From assembly GCA_003223555.1 (NCBI GenBank), contig QHVM01000082.1, positions 163,762 through 227,761 of the forward strand: a stretch of DNA of 64,000 nt, read 5' to 3'. The notes under the pieces are model-generated. The model made no database searches and was not told the origin of the DNA. It saw nothing but the letters and a program-made list of their open reading frames with translations. Shown piece after piece: positions 52,896 to 63,996 of this stretch. How positions within the stretch are numbered: position 1 is the first letter of the stretch; every line of letters starts with the position of its first letter. The stretch comes from Acidobacteriota bacterium (GTDB taxonomy: Bacteria > Acidobacteriota > Vicinamibacteria > Fen-336). The position numbers were made by a program, and so were the translations under genes.

Positions 52896-55010
52896 TTGAT
52901 GCCACTGAGGAAGAGCGCCGTCTTTCTGTGGCTCCTGTATGCGCCGGTCGTCTGCGCGCAGACGAGCCCATCTCCATCGCCGAGCCCCTCTCCGTCGCGG
53001 TCGGAATACGTCGAGGTCGTCGCCACCCGCATTCCCGAGACGCCGGCCGACGTGCCGGCGGCCATCGACGTGCTCACCGGCGACGAGCTGCGGGACCGGG
53101 GCGCGACCGACCTGCACGAGGCGCTGGCTCTCCTCGCGGGCGTCGACGTGGCCCCCGGGGGCGACAACGGCCCGGCGGCCTCCGTGCCGGAGTTCTGGGG
53201 TCTCAAGGAGTTCGACGCCTTCCTGCTGGTCGTCGACGGCGTGCCGTGGGGCGGCGCGTTCAATCCCGCCCTGGCCAGCCTGAGCCTGGACGACGTGGAA
53301 CGGATCGAGGTGCTGCGCGGCCCGGCGCCCGTCATGTACGGGGCCACGTCGTTCGTGGGGGTCGTGCACGTCGTGCGGCGCAGCCCGGCCGACCGTCGAG
53401 GCAGCGCCGGCGTGTCCGGAGGAAGCTACGGCAGCGGGGCGATCCGGGGCGAGGTCGGTCTTCCGAGGTGGCTCGGCTTCGACTCGCGCCTCTCCGCCGA
53501 CGTCGGTCGCGAGCGCTACCGCGACGACCGCTCGGGCGCCGACCGCGGGCACGTCCTCTGGCGGGGGAGCCGCGCTGTCGGAAGCGGCCGGCTGCGCCTC
53601 GACCTCGACGGCACGTGGCTGGACCAGGATCCGGCCAGCCCGCATCCCCGGCAAGGCGGCGCGCTCTCCGACCGCGTCCCGCTCGACGCGAACCACAACC
53701 CGGACGGCGCTTTCCTCAACGAGCGTCGGTTCTTCGCCGCCGCCGGCTACGACCACGGCTTGGGCCGGGGAACCTGGTCCACGACGCTGTCCTTCACGCG
53801 CTCGAGCCAGGACGTCTTCCGCGGGTTCCTGGCCGACCTCGGCGGCGCGGCGCCCGACGCCCGCGGCCAGCGGGGCACGATCGGCGTGAGCGACCTCTAC
53901 TTCGACACCCACCTGGCGTGGGCAGCGGCCGAGCGCTGGAAGCTCGTGGCCGGCGTCGACCACCTGCATGGGGGGGCGGAGGGGCACGGCGCCGCCTTCG
54001 ATTACTTCGCGCCGCTCGACGGCTCGTTCGCGCCGGTGGTCGCCGAGCCGACCGTGTTCGACAAGGACATCGGCGACCGGCGGGAGTTCTCGGGGCTCTA
54101 CGCCTTCGGCGAGTGGAATCCTTCGCCGGTCTGGCGGCTGCAGGCGGGCGCCCGGCTCAACCGGACCGCCGAGAGCCGCGAAGAGGGAGAGCCGAACGCC
54201 TCCCGCGGCGCCGGGGAGGAATCCGGCCGGGAGCGCGAGGACCTGCGCCTGAGCGGCAGCGCCGGGCTGGCCTGGACGCCCTGGCAGCGGGGATCCGACC
54301 GCGTCCGGCTCTTCGCCAGCTACAGCGACACGTTCAAGCCGGCCGCCCTCGACTTGAACTTCGCCGCGAGCGAGCCCGCGGGCGGCGAGCGCATCCTGGA
54401 GCCCGAGACGTCGCAGGCGCTCGAGGCCGGGATCAAGTCGCGCCTGGCCGGCGGCCGGCTGGACGTCGAGCTGAGCGGGTTCCTGATGGGCTTCCGCAAC
54501 CTCGTCGTGGCCCAGGCGATCGGCGGGCTGCCGGCGCTGGCCAACGCGGGCCGCGAGCGCTTCAAGGGGATCGAAGCCACCGCCGTCTGGCGCCTGGCCG
54601 GCCATCTCAGCGGGCGGGCGTCCTACTCGTTCCACGACGCGCGCTTCCGCGACTACCTGACCGAGTTCGACGGCGTCCCGACCCAGCTCGCCGGCAAGCG
54701 GCTGGAGATGTCGGCCCGGCACATGGGCTCGGCGGGACTCGCGTACGCCCCTCCCCGCGGACTGGTGGCCACGGCCGAGCTGAGGCTGGTGGGCAGCCGC
54801 TACTTCGACAAGCGCAACACCGCCCTGGCTCCCGGCTACGCGGAGGTATCGACCGGCCTCGGCTGGCGGACGGGGAAGTGGGAGGCGCGCGTGGCCGGCC
54901 GCAACCTCGGCGACGAGCGGGCGCCGGTGTCGGAAAGCGAGCTGGGCGATTCGCAGTATTACCGCCTGCCGGCCCGCCGCGTGGAGCTGAGCATCCTGCG
55001 GCGCTTCTGA
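52896..55010 (+). CDS. TonB-dependent outer-membrane receptor
   Basis: Signal peptide, plug-domain motifs (IDVLTGDELR…IEVLRGPAPVMYGATSFVGVVHVV), and a C-terminal …SILRRF aromatic terminus. Confidence 0.85.
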   Translation: MMPLRKSAVFLWLLYAPVVCAQTSPSPSPSPSPSRSEYVEVVATRIPETPADVPAAIDVLTGDELRDRGATDLHEALALLAGVDVAPGGDNGPAASVPEFWGLKEFDAFLLVVDGVPWGGAFNPALASLSLDDVERIEVLRGPAPVMYGATSFVGVVHVVRRSPADRRGSAGVSGGSYGSGAIRGEVGLPRWLGFDSRLSADVGRERYRDDRSGADRGHVLWRGSRAVGSGRLRLDLDGTWLDQDPASPHPRQGGALSDRVPLDANHNPDGAFLNERRFFAAAGYDHGLGRGTWSTTLSFTRSSQDVFRGFLADLGGAAPDARGQRGTIGVSDLYFDTHLAWAAAERWKLVAGVDHLHGGAEGHGAAFDYFAPLDGSFAPVVAEPTVFDKDIGDRREFSGLYAFGEWNPSPVWRLQAGARLNRTAESREEGEPNASRGAGEESGREREDLRLSGSAGLAWTPWQRGSDRVRLFASYSDTFKPAALDLNFAASEPAGGERILEPETSQALEAGIKSRLAGGRLDVELSGFLMGFRNLVVAQAIGGLPALANAGRERFKGIEATAVWRLAGHLSGRASYSFHDARFRDYLTEFDGVPTQLAGKRLEMSARHMGSAGLAYAPPRGLVATAELRLVGSRYFDKRNTALAPGYAEVSTGLGWRTGKWEARVAGRNLGDERAPVSESELGDSQYYRLPARRVELSILRRF

Positions 55011-55012
55011 TG

Positions 55013-55110
55013 CCGAATGCGGCGCGCTCCGCTTCGCGCGCCGAACACTCAGAATCGAGAGATTGCGCGCCAGTGCTTCGCTTCGCGCGCCGAACGCCCG
55101 TTTGACGCGC
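55013..55110. repeat. Degenerate copy of the GCTCCGCT-core repeat (both end motifs present, hairpin absent)
   Basis: GAATGCGGCGCGCTCCGCTTCGCGCGCCGAACACTC…GCTTCGCTTCGCGCGCCGAACGCCC. Confidence 0.65.
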
Positions 55111-55296
55111 ATCGCCCGACCGGATAGGATTCTCCTGGTCGTCCTTCCGATCCGGTGCGAGACATGAACCGGGAATTCTTCCTCAAGCCGTCGGCCGCCT
55201 CTCCTCGACTCCGCGACACCTAGCCTCCGCTCCGCCTCGCCGCAGGGGAGCCGCCAGAAGCCGCAACGGAGTCGCTCCATCCACCGAGAGGTCGCC

Positions 55297-56739
55297 ATGC
55301 CGAAGGCCGAGATCGTTCCCATCAAGGATCAGACCGAAAAGCCCCGCCGGCGGCGCAGCGACCGGGTGCGGGTGATGCCCCGGGTCCCCCGGCCGGGCAT
55401 GTCGCGCAAGAAGATCATCGAGGAATCCCGCCGCTGGCTGAGCCTCATCAACGCCCACAAGCTCAACGACTACAAGCGGCGCAAGATCGTGACCGAGACG
55501 ATCGACAACTTCCGTTACTACTACAACCGCGGCTTCCTCGAGTACCGCAAGGCGGTGACCGAGAGCGGCGAGTACGCGGCCGTCGAGTGGAGCGGCCGGG
55601 GCAGCCATTTCGAGGACGTCACCGGCCGACGTTTCATCGACTGCCTGGGCGGGTACGGCATCTACTCGGCCGGGATCAACCACCCGAAGATCGTGCGGGC
55701 GGTGAAGTCGCAGCTCGACCGCATGCCGCTCAGCTCGCAGGAGCTGCTCGACCCGCTGCGAGGCGCGCTCGCGCGCCTGCTCGGCGAGCTGGCCCCCGGC
55801 GACCTCCAGGACTGCTTCTTCATCTCCAACGGCACCGACGCGGTCGAAGGAGCGATGAAGCTGGCCCGGCTCTACACGGGCAAGCCCGGCTTCATCTCCT
55901 GCATCCGCGGCTTCCACGGCAAGAGCTACGGCTCGCTCTCCCTCATGGGCAAGGCCGAGTACCGCCTCGCCTTCGAGCCGCTGCTGCAGGACGTGTACTT
56001 CGTCCCCTTCGGCGACGCCCAGGCGGTGGAGAACGAGCTGCGGAAGGCGGAGGCGGTGGGCATGGCGATCGCCGGGGTGGTGGTGGAGCCGGTGCAGGGC
56101 GAGGCGGGCGCCATCGTCCCCTCGCCCGACTTCTGGCCGCGGGTGCGCGAGGTCTGCACCCGCTACGGCGTGCTGCTCATCGCCGACGAGGTCCAGACCG
56201 GCATGGGCCGCACCGGCAAGATGTTCGCGGTCGAGCACTGGGACGTGGTGCCCGACATCATGTGCCTGGGCAAGGCGCTCGGCGGCGGGGTGATGCCGCT
56301 CTCGGCCTTCATGTCCACCCCCGAGATCTGGAAGGTGCTCGAGCCCAACCCCTTCATCCATTCCTCGACCTTCGGCGGGAACCCGCTCGCGTGCGCGGCC
56401 GGCATCGCCGCCGTCAACGTGACGCTGGAGGAGGACCTGCCGGGCCAGGCCGCCGCGACCGGCGAGTACCTGATGGGCGAGCTGCGCCGGCTCCAGCGGC
56501 GCTACCCGGAGCACCTGATGGAGGTGCGGGGGCTCGGCCTGCTCATCGGCGTCGAGTTCGTCGACACCGAGTTCGGCTACTCGGTGGCGGCGGGGTTGTT
56601 CAAGCGGGGGGTGCTCGTGGCAGGGACGCTGCTCAACGCCAAGACCCTCCGCGTCGAGCCGGCCCTCAACATCCCGCGGCCGCTCGTGGACGAGCTGCTC
56701 GACAAGCTCGACGACACGCTGCAAGAATTGACGGCTTAG
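55297..56739 (+). CDS. patA: Putrescine aminotransferase (class III PLP aminotransferase, PatA/YgjG type)
   Basis: High positional similarity to E. coli YgjG along the whole length: GFLEYRK…FIDCLGG…LSSQELLDPLR…DEVQTGMGRTGKMFA…HSSTFGGNPLACAA…GTLLNAKTLRVEP. Confidence 0.85.
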   Translation: MPKAEIVPIKDQTEKPRRRRSDRVRVMPRVPRPGMSRKKIIEESRRWLSLINAHKLNDYKRRKIVTETIDNFRYYYNRGFLEYRKAVTESGEYAAVEWSGRGSHFEDVTGRRFIDCLGGYGIYSAGINHPKIVRAVKSQLDRMPLSSQELLDPLRGALARLLGELAPGDLQDCFFISNGTDAVEGAMKLARLYTGKPGFISCIRGFHGKSYGSLSLMGKAEYRLAFEPLLQDVYFVPFGDAQAVENELRKAEAVGMAIAGVVVEPVQGEAGAIVPSPDFWPRVREVCTRYGVLLIADEVQTGMGRTGKMFAVEHWDVVPDIMCLGKALGGGVMPLSAFMSTPEIWKVLEPNPFIHSSTFGGNPLACAAGIAAVNVTLEEDLPGQAAATGEYLMGELRRLQRRYPEHLMEVRGLGLLIGVEFVDTEFGYSVAAGLFKRGVLVAGTLLNAKTLRVEPALNIPRPLVDELLDKLDDTLQELTA

Positions 56740-56768
56740 CCCGTCCGCTCGGCTAAACTCCCCGGGAA

Positions 56769-57874
<1,106 letters not shown>

Positions 57875-57878
<4 letters not shown>

Positions 57879-58714
57879 CCACGCGGCGCGCCGCGCTCCT
57901 GCTCCTGCTGCCGGGCCTGGCCGTGCTCGCCGCGCTCTTCCTCGCGCCCCAGATCCTCATGCTCGAGTCCTCGCTCGGGCGGCGGTCGGTCTACGGCGGC
58001 GTGATCCACGAGTGGGGCCTCGGCAACTACCGCCGGGCCCTGGAGCCGCTCTACCTCGTCATCCTCGCCCGCAGCGTGGCTCTCGCCCTGGCCACCACGC
58101 TGCTGTGCCTGCTCCTCGCCTACCCGGTCGCCTACTGGCTGGGAAGGAAGGCCCCCCCGCGCGTCCGCAGCGCGCTGCTGGTGCTCGTGATCCTTCCCTT
58201 CTGGACGAGCTTCCTCGTGCGCATGTACGCCTGGATCTTCATGCTGCGCACCGAAGGTGTCGTGAACCTGCTCCTGGCCCACGTGGGCCTCGGCCCGCTC
58301 AACCTCCTCTACAACGACGCCGCGGTGCTGCTGGGGCAGGTCTACGGGGAGCTGCCGTTCATGATCCTTCCCCTCTACGCTTCGCTCGAGAAGCTCGACC
58401 GCGCGCTGCTGGAGGCGGCGGCCGACCTCGGCGCGGGGCCGGCCCGGGCGCTCTGGCGCGTGACCGTTCCCCTGAGCCGCCCCGGGATCGTAGCCGGCGC
58501 GGTGCTCGTCTTGATCCCCTCACTGGGGGCGTACCTGGCGCCCGACCTGCTGGGCGGCGCCCGTACGATGTACATGGGCACGCTCATCCAGAGCCAGTTC
58601 GCCGTCGTCCGTGACGCGCCCTTCGGGGCCGCGCTCTCGTTCCTGCTCTCGCTCGTCGTCCTGCTGCTGCTGGCCGTCTTCCGCCGCCCGCTGCGCGAGG
58701 CGGGGGGCGCGTGA
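57875..58714 (+). CDS. potB: Spermidine/putrescine ABC importer permease (PotB-like)
   Basis: 6-TM BPD_transp_1 permease with EAA-like loop (LEKLDRALLEAAADLGAGPARALWRVTVPL). Confidence 0.8.
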
Positions 58715-60528
58715 GGTCCGGCGGCGGAGCGCTCGCCGCGGTGAGCGCGGGCGTGTACCTGTTCCTCTACGCGCCGATCCTGGTGCTCGTCGCCTTCTCG
58801 TTCAACGCCGGCCGGCTCACCGCGGCCTGGACCGGCTTCACCCTGGACTGGTACGCCCGGGCCGCGCAGGACCCCCAGATCCTGGCCGCGCTGCGCAACA
58901 GCCTCAAGGTGGCCGTCACGGCGACGGCGATCGCGACCGCCGTCGGGACGGCGGCCGCGGTCGCGTTCCACCGCTGGCGCTTCCGCCGCCAGCCGGCGCT
59001 CGACACCCTGGTCACGCTGCCCATCGTGGTTCCCGAGATCGTGATGGCCTCCTCGCTGCTGCTGCTCTTCGCCGCCCTGCGCCTCCGGCTCGGCTTCCTG
59101 ACCGTGATCCTCGCCCACGTCGGCTTCTCCGTGTCCTACGCGGTGGTGGTCGTGCGCGCGCGGCTGGCCGGCTTCGACCGCAGCCTGGAGGAGGCCGCCG
59201 CCGACCTGGGCGCGACGCCGCTCCGGGCCTTCTTCCGGGTCACCCTGCCGCTCATCGCGCCCGGCGTGCTGGCCGCGGCGCTGCTGGTCTTCTCGCTGTC
59301 GATCGACGACTACGTGATCACCTCGTTCGTGGCCGGGGTCGGGTCCACGACGCTCCCCATCCAGATCTACTCCATGGTCAAGAGCGGGGTGTCGCCGGAG
59401 ATCAACGCCGTCTCGACCCTGCTCCTCGTGGCGACCAGCCTCCTCCTGTGGGCCGCTTCGCGGCTGGAGCGGGGCCGGCGGGGCTGGGGCACCGCGGTGC
59501 CGGTGGGGGCGGCCCTGGCCGTGCTCGGCGCGCCCTTCCTCCTGGGGCGTGGCCCGGCGGGCGGCGAGCGCGTCCTGAACCTCTACATCTGGTCGGCCTA
59601 CATCTCGCCCGAGACGCTGGCGAAGTTCGAGCGGCGGCAGGGCGCCCGCGTCAACGTGGACCTCTACGACAGCAACGAGGCCCTGATGGCCAAGGTGCAG
59701 GCGGGCAACGCCGGCTACGACGTCATCTGCCCCTCGAACTACGTGGTGCAGATCCTCCAGAAGCAGTCGCTGCTGCGCGCGCTCGACCACTCCGCCGTGC
59801 CGCACCTCCCGAACGTCGACCCGCGCTTCCTCGACCGCGACTTCGACCCCGGCAACCGCTACTCGGTCCCCTATTTCTGGGGCACGACCGGGATCGGCTA
59901 CGACAAGACGAAGACCGGGCCGGTCGATTCCTGGGGCGCCCTGTGGGACCCGCGCTTCAGGGGCCGCATCCTGATGCTCGACGACGGGCGGGAGGCGCTG
60001 GGAGCGGCGCTCAAGTGGAAGGGCTTCAGCCTCAACGCCACCGATCCCGCCTCCGTGCGCGCCGCCGAGCAGCTCCTGATCGTCCAGAAGCCGCTCGTGC
60101 GCACCTACAACTCGTCGAGCTTCGAGGACATCCTGCTCTCCCGCGACGTCTGGCTCGCCCAGGGCTGGAACGGCCAGTTCGCCAAGATCATGGGGATCGA
60201 CCCTCGCCTGGACTACGTCGTGCCCCGGGAGGGCTCGGGCCTGTTCATCGACAGCCTGGCCATCCCCGCCGGCGCCCCCCATCCCGAGCTGGCCCATGCG
60301 TTCATCGACTTCACGCTGGAGGCGGACATCGCGGCCGAGATCTGCCGCACGATGGGCTACTCGACGCCCAACCGGGCGGCGATGCCGCTGCTGCCGGAGT
60401 CGATGCGGCGCAACCCGGCCATCTTCCCGCCCGGCGACGTGCTCGCGCGGACCGAGACGATCCAGGACGTCGGCGAGGCCACGCTGCTCTACGACCGGGC
60501 CTGGACCGAGGTCAAGACCAGCCGCTGA
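58711..60528 (+). CDS. Fusion protein: PotC-like ABC permease (N-terminal ~270 aa) + PotD/PotF-like periplasmic polyamine-binding protein (C-terminal ~330 aa)
   Basis: N-half: LEEAAADLGATPLRAFFRVTLPLIAPGV (EAA loop). Then a TM linker, then LNLYIWSAYISPETLAKFERRQGARVNVDLYDSNEALMAKVQAGNAGYDVICPSNY… (PotD/PotF fold). Confidence 0.75.
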   Translation: MRSGGGALAAVSAGVYLFLYAPILVLVAFSFNAGRLTAAWTGFTLDWYARAAQDPQILAALRNSLKVAVTATAIATAVGTAAAVAFHRWRFRRQPALDTLVTLPIVVPEIVMASSLLLLFAALRLRLGFLTVILAHVGFSVSYAVVVVRARLAGFDRSLEEAAADLGATPLRAFFRVTLPLIAPGVLAAALLVFSLSIDDYVITSFVAGVGSTTLPIQIYSMVKSGVSPEINAVSTLLLVATSLLLWAASRLERGRRGWGTAVPVGAALAVLGAPFLLGRGPAGGERVLNLYIWSAYISPETLAKFERRQGARVNVDLYDSNEALMAKVQAGNAGYDVICPSNYVVQILQKQSLLRALDHSAVPHLPNVDPRFLDRDFDPGNRYSVPYFWGTTGIGYDKTKTGPVDSWGALWDPRFRGRILMLDDGREALGAALKWKGFSLNATDPASVRAAEQLLIVQKPLVRTYNSSSFEDILLSRDVWLAQGWNGQFAKIMGIDPRLDYVVPREGSGLFIDSLAIPAGAPHPELAHAFIDFTLEADIAAEICRTMGYSTPNRAAMPLLPESMRRNPAIFPPGDVLARTETIQDVGEATLLYDRAWTEVKTSR

Positions 60529-62633
60529 GCGGCGACGAGCGCCATCGCCCACAGCAGCGCCAGCCCGTAGAGCTCCCGCGAGAGCAGGAGCGCGGTGAGC
60601 CCGGGACGGGGCCCGCCGTCGTAGAAGGTCCACTGGTTGCCATAGGCGACGAGACCGAAGGCGAGCGCCAGGGCGAAGGCAGAGCCGGCGGAAAGGGGAC
60701 GCTGGGCGGCGCTGGCGACGAGGGCCAGGAACGTGATGGCGGTGACCGTCTCGTAGTGGATCCAGGCCGCCGGGACGGCCATCACCATCACGACGAGGAA
60801 GAGGCCGAAATGGAGGGCGGCGGCCGTCGAGCCTCGCTGGGGGCAGCGGCTCGCCGCGATCGCCGACGCGCCGGCGGCGAGCGCGAAACCCGCCCACGTC
60901 AGCAGGTCGATCGTGCGGTCGTGGACCGGCTCCGGCCGGCGCGCGGAGAGCAGCAGCCGGGCCAGGAAGCCGTTCCAGGTCTGGTTCTCCACCCACCCGG
61001 TGCCGCCGCCGATGCGGGGCAGGACCTCCGTCGCGTAGACGACGTGCTCGGGTCCGCCCAGGGCGGCGACGGCGACCGCATTCAGGACCACGAGCCAGGC
61101 CCCCGTCCAGGCCACGGCCTTCCATTCGCGCCGCGCGGCGAGGAACAGCGCCAGCACCAGCGGGTAGAGCTTGAGCAGCGTGGCCAGGGCGAGGGCGAGG
61201 CCGAGGAGGCCGTGGCGGCCGCGCTGGAACGCGACGAGCGCGAGCGTCCCGAGGAGCAGGATGACGATGTCGATCTGGCCGTAGGCGATCGTGTCGAAGG
61301 CCGGCTGCATGAGGCCGAGGACGGCGGCCACCCCGGCGACCGCGACGCCGGTCCCCACCCGGGCCCGGAGCCACGCGAAGAGGACGGCCGCCGCGGCGAG
61401 GTAGAGCACGACGTCGATCGCGCGGTCGATGCCGAGGGCGGTGCGCACCTCGAGCCGGGAGAACGGGAGCAGCAGCATGCCGTAGAACGGCGGCACCTTG
61501 AAGACGGCGCCGAAGTGGTTGGCCGCGACCTCGGCCGGCTTGTAGAGCGAGCCGCCCAGCGTGAAGTCGCGGGCGGCGGTCCACAGTGTCGTGAAGTCCA
61601 CCGCCGGCCGGTGGAAGGCCAGGACGGCGGCGCCGACCGCCTGCGCCGCGGCGCCGAGAGCGACGACGAGCAGGGCCGGCCTTTCCCGGGCCCGTGTCGC
61701 CGGCCAGGCGGCGACCACGGCCAGGCTGCCGAGCACGATGAGGCCGACCGTCCCCGCGACCACGGTCGGACAGAAGCGGTGCGTCTCCCAGCAGAGCGCG
61801 CCGTGATAGGCGACGAGCATCTGGTAGCCCACCACCATCAAGAGGACGAGCGCGCCCGGCGCGGCTTCTCCGGGCGGCTCCCACCAGCGACGGCCCGGGG
61901 AGCGGACGAGCGCCGCCCAGAGCAGCACCGCCGCGTGGGCGAGGACCACCCCGATCAGGAGCCGGTGGGTGAACGGCGCGACCTCGAGCGGCCGCCCGGC
62001 CGCGGCGATGGCCAGCAGCCCTCCGGCGACCGCGGGCCCCAGCCGTCCCGCCCGCGACGAGACGCGCAAGCGCCCGAGCAGCAGCGCGAGGGCGGCGGCG
62101 AAGGAGGGCAGCACGAAGAGCTGCCGCACCGGGGGCAGCGCCCACCCCGAGGGGGTCCACCCCACGCGCTCGACCGCGACCCCGCGCGCCCGGGCATCCC
62201 GGCCCCTCGTCCAGGCCGGCGAAGAGAGCACGACGCGCAGGTCCCCGCCCTCGAGCGCGGAGCGGGGGATCGTGGCCGACAACGTGCTCCGGCCGTGGAC
62301 GTCCGCGGCGAGCAGCGTCCGTCCACCGGCGCTCAGGCTGAGCGGGACCGGCGGCGCGTCCTCCGGCGTCCGCACCTGGAGCTGCAACACGCCGCCGCCG
62401 CGTCCGACCTGGGGAAGCGCGATCACGCTCGCGCGCTCGTCACGGCGGTGGCCGCCCTTGCTCCAGCGGTAAGGCACTCCGCCCCGCGTCTCGAGCTCGT
62501 GGAAGTTCTGGAAGACGACCGGGTCCTGCTCGCCGGCGGCGCGGCTCACGCCGGGGGTGAACGCATAGGCGGCGAGGAGCGTGGCGAGCGTGACCAGGCC
62601 CGCCGCCCCCGCGCTCGAGCGCAGGCGGCTCAC
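60489..62633 (-). CDS. DUF2029 / GT87-like (PimE-type) GT-C membrane glycosyltransferase with N-terminal secreted domain
   Basis: Signal peptide, ~170-aa soluble region, then a multi-TM core with LKLYPLVLALFL (DUF2029 signature). Confidence 0.6.
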   Translation of the reverse strand: MSRLRSSAGAAGLVTLATLLAAYAFTPGVSRAAGEQDPVVFQNFHELETRGGVPYRWSKGGHRRDERASVIALPQVGRGGGVLQLQVRTPEDAPPVPLSLSAGGRTLLAADVHGRSTLSATIPRSALEGGDLRVVLSSPAWTRGRDARARGVAVERVGWTPSGWALPPVRQLFVLPSFAAALALLLGRLRVSSRAGRLGPAVAGGLLAIAAAGRPLEVAPFTHRLLIGVVLAHAAVLLWAALVRSPGRRWWEPPGEAAPGALVLLMVVGYQMLVAYHGALCWETHRFCPTVVAGTVGLIVLGSLAVVAAWPATRARERPALLVVALGAAAQAVGAAVLAFHRPAVDFTTLWTAARDFTLGGSLYKPAEVAANHFGAVFKVPPFYGMLLLPFSRLEVRTALGIDRAIDVVLYLAAAAVLFAWLRARVGTGVAVAGVAAVLGLMQPAFDTIAYGQIDIVILLLGTLALVAFQRGRHGLLGLALALATLLKLYPLVLALFLAARREWKAVAWTGAWLVVLNAVAVAALGGPEHVVYATEVLPRIGGGTGWVENQTWNGFLARLLLSARRPEPVHDRTIDLLTWAGFALAAGASAIAASRCPQRGSTAAALHFGLFLVVMVMAVPAAWIHYETVTAITFLALVASAAQRPLSAGSAFALALAFGLVAYGNQWTFYDGGPRPGLTALLLSRELYGLALLWAMALVAAQRLVLTSVQARS

Positions 62634-62637
62634 CGCA

Positions 62638-63996
62638 CTAGCGGCCGCTGACCGTCATCCGGCGGATGCGCAGGGTGGGGGAGGCGGAAGAGCCCCGGAA
62701 GACGAGGTCGCGGCCGACCGCGTCGACCTCCAGCAGCATCTCCTTGAGGTTGCCGGCAATGGTCACCTCGTGCACGGGATGGGCGAAGCGGCCCTTGTCG
62801 ATCCACTGTCCGACCGCGCCTTGCGAGTAGTCGCCGGAGACGAGGTCGACGCCGAAGCCGATGAGGTCGGTGACGTAGAGGCCGCTCTCGACCCCGGCCA
62901 CGATCTCCGCGGGCGGCGTCTCGCCGGCGGCGAAGCAGAGGTTGGCCGGGCCGACCGTGGGCGCGCCGCCGACGCTGCGGCGGGCGCTGCCCGTGGGGCG
63001 CGCGCCGATCTTGCGCGCGGCGTAGCTGTCGCAGAGGTAGAAGCGCAGCACGCCCGCGTCGAGGGGAACGTTCCGGCGGGTGGGCAGGCCTTCTCCGTCG
63101 AAGGGCCGCGACCCCAGGCCGCGGAACGCCCGCCCCTCGTCGACGACCGTGAGCAGGGGGGAGGCGACCTGCTGGCCGAGACGGTCCTTCAGGAACGTGG
63201 CGTTGCGGAAGACGGAGTAGCCCGACAGCGCCCGGAAGACCTGGCCCAGCAGCTCCGCCGCGGTCTCGGGGTCGAAGACGACCGGCACCTCGCAGGTGGC
63301 GGCCTTGCGCGCGCCCAGCCGCCGCAGGGTGCGCGCCGCGGCCTCGCGCCCGACCTCCTCCGGCGCCTGCAGGTCACCCAGCCCGCGGCCGGTCGTGTAC
63401 CAGTAGTCGCGCTCCATCGCCCCGTCCCGCTCGGCCACCGGGACGACGGAGAGCGACACGCTGGAGGTGCGGTACTGGCCGGCGAAGCCGAGGCTGTTGG
63501 CGAGCACGACCGTGTCCTCGCCGGAGCCGTAGGTGGCGCCCTGGGAGTTGGTGATCTCGGGCGAGGCGGCCAGGGCGGCCGCCTCGGCCCGGCGGGCCCA
63601 CTCGATCCGCTCCGCGGTCGGCAGCGCGGCGGGAGACGGATCGAAAAGACCCAGCTCCAGCTCTTCCGGAGGTGCGACCTCGTCGGGCAGCCCCGCCGCG
63701 GGGTCCTCGCCGGTGACGCGGGCCATCTCGACGGTCTCCGCGACCAGGGCCGCGAGGGCCGAAGGGGAGAAGTCGGACGTGTAGCTGGTGGCGCTGCGCC
63801 GGCCCACGAAGGCGCGCAGCCCCAGCGCCTTGCTCCCTGCTTCCTTGAGGGTCTCCACCTCCCCCTTGCGCACCGTCACCGTGAAGTCCGTCCCCTCGCC
63901 GACGAGCACGTCGGCGGCGTCGGCGCCCTGGGCGCGCGCCTTGCGCAGCAGGTCGGCCGCGAGGTCGCGGTAGTCCATCCGCCGCGATTCTGCCAC
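62638..63996 (-). CDS. pmbA: PmbA/TldD-family metalloprotease
   Basis: …GDYSQGAVGQWIDKGRFAHPVHEVTIAGNLKEML… and overall collinearity with E. coli PmbA. 452 aa. Confidence 0.8.
   Translation of the reverse strand: MAESRRMDYRDLAADLLRKARAQGADAADVLVGEGTDFTVTVRKGEVETLKEAGSKALGLRAFVGRRSATSYTSDFSPSALAALVAETVEMARVTGEDPAAGLPDEVAPPEELELGLFDPSPAALPTAERIEWARRAEAAALAASPEITNSQGATYGSGEDTVVLANSLGFAGQYRTSSVSLSVVPVAERDGAMERDYWYTTGRGLGDLQAPEEVGREAAARTLRRLGARKAATCEVPVVFDPETAAELLGQVFRALSGYSVFRNATFLKDRLGQQVASPLLTVVDEGRAFRGLGSRPFDGEGLPTRRNVPLDAGVLRFYLCDSYAARKIGARPTGSARRSVGGAPTVGPANLCFAAGETPPAEIVAGVESGLYVTDLIGFGVDLVSGDYSQGAVGQWIDKGRFAHPVHEVTIAGNLKEMLLEVDAVGRDLVFRGSSASPTLRIRRMTVSGR

Noticed and set aside
55120-55170. 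Imperfect inverted repeat ACCGGATAGGA…TCCGATCCGGT upstream of patA, considered as an operator or riboswitch
   Set aside because: The repeat is short and imperfect, with no recognisable riboswitch consensus. It cannot be distinguished from chance in GC-rich DNA.
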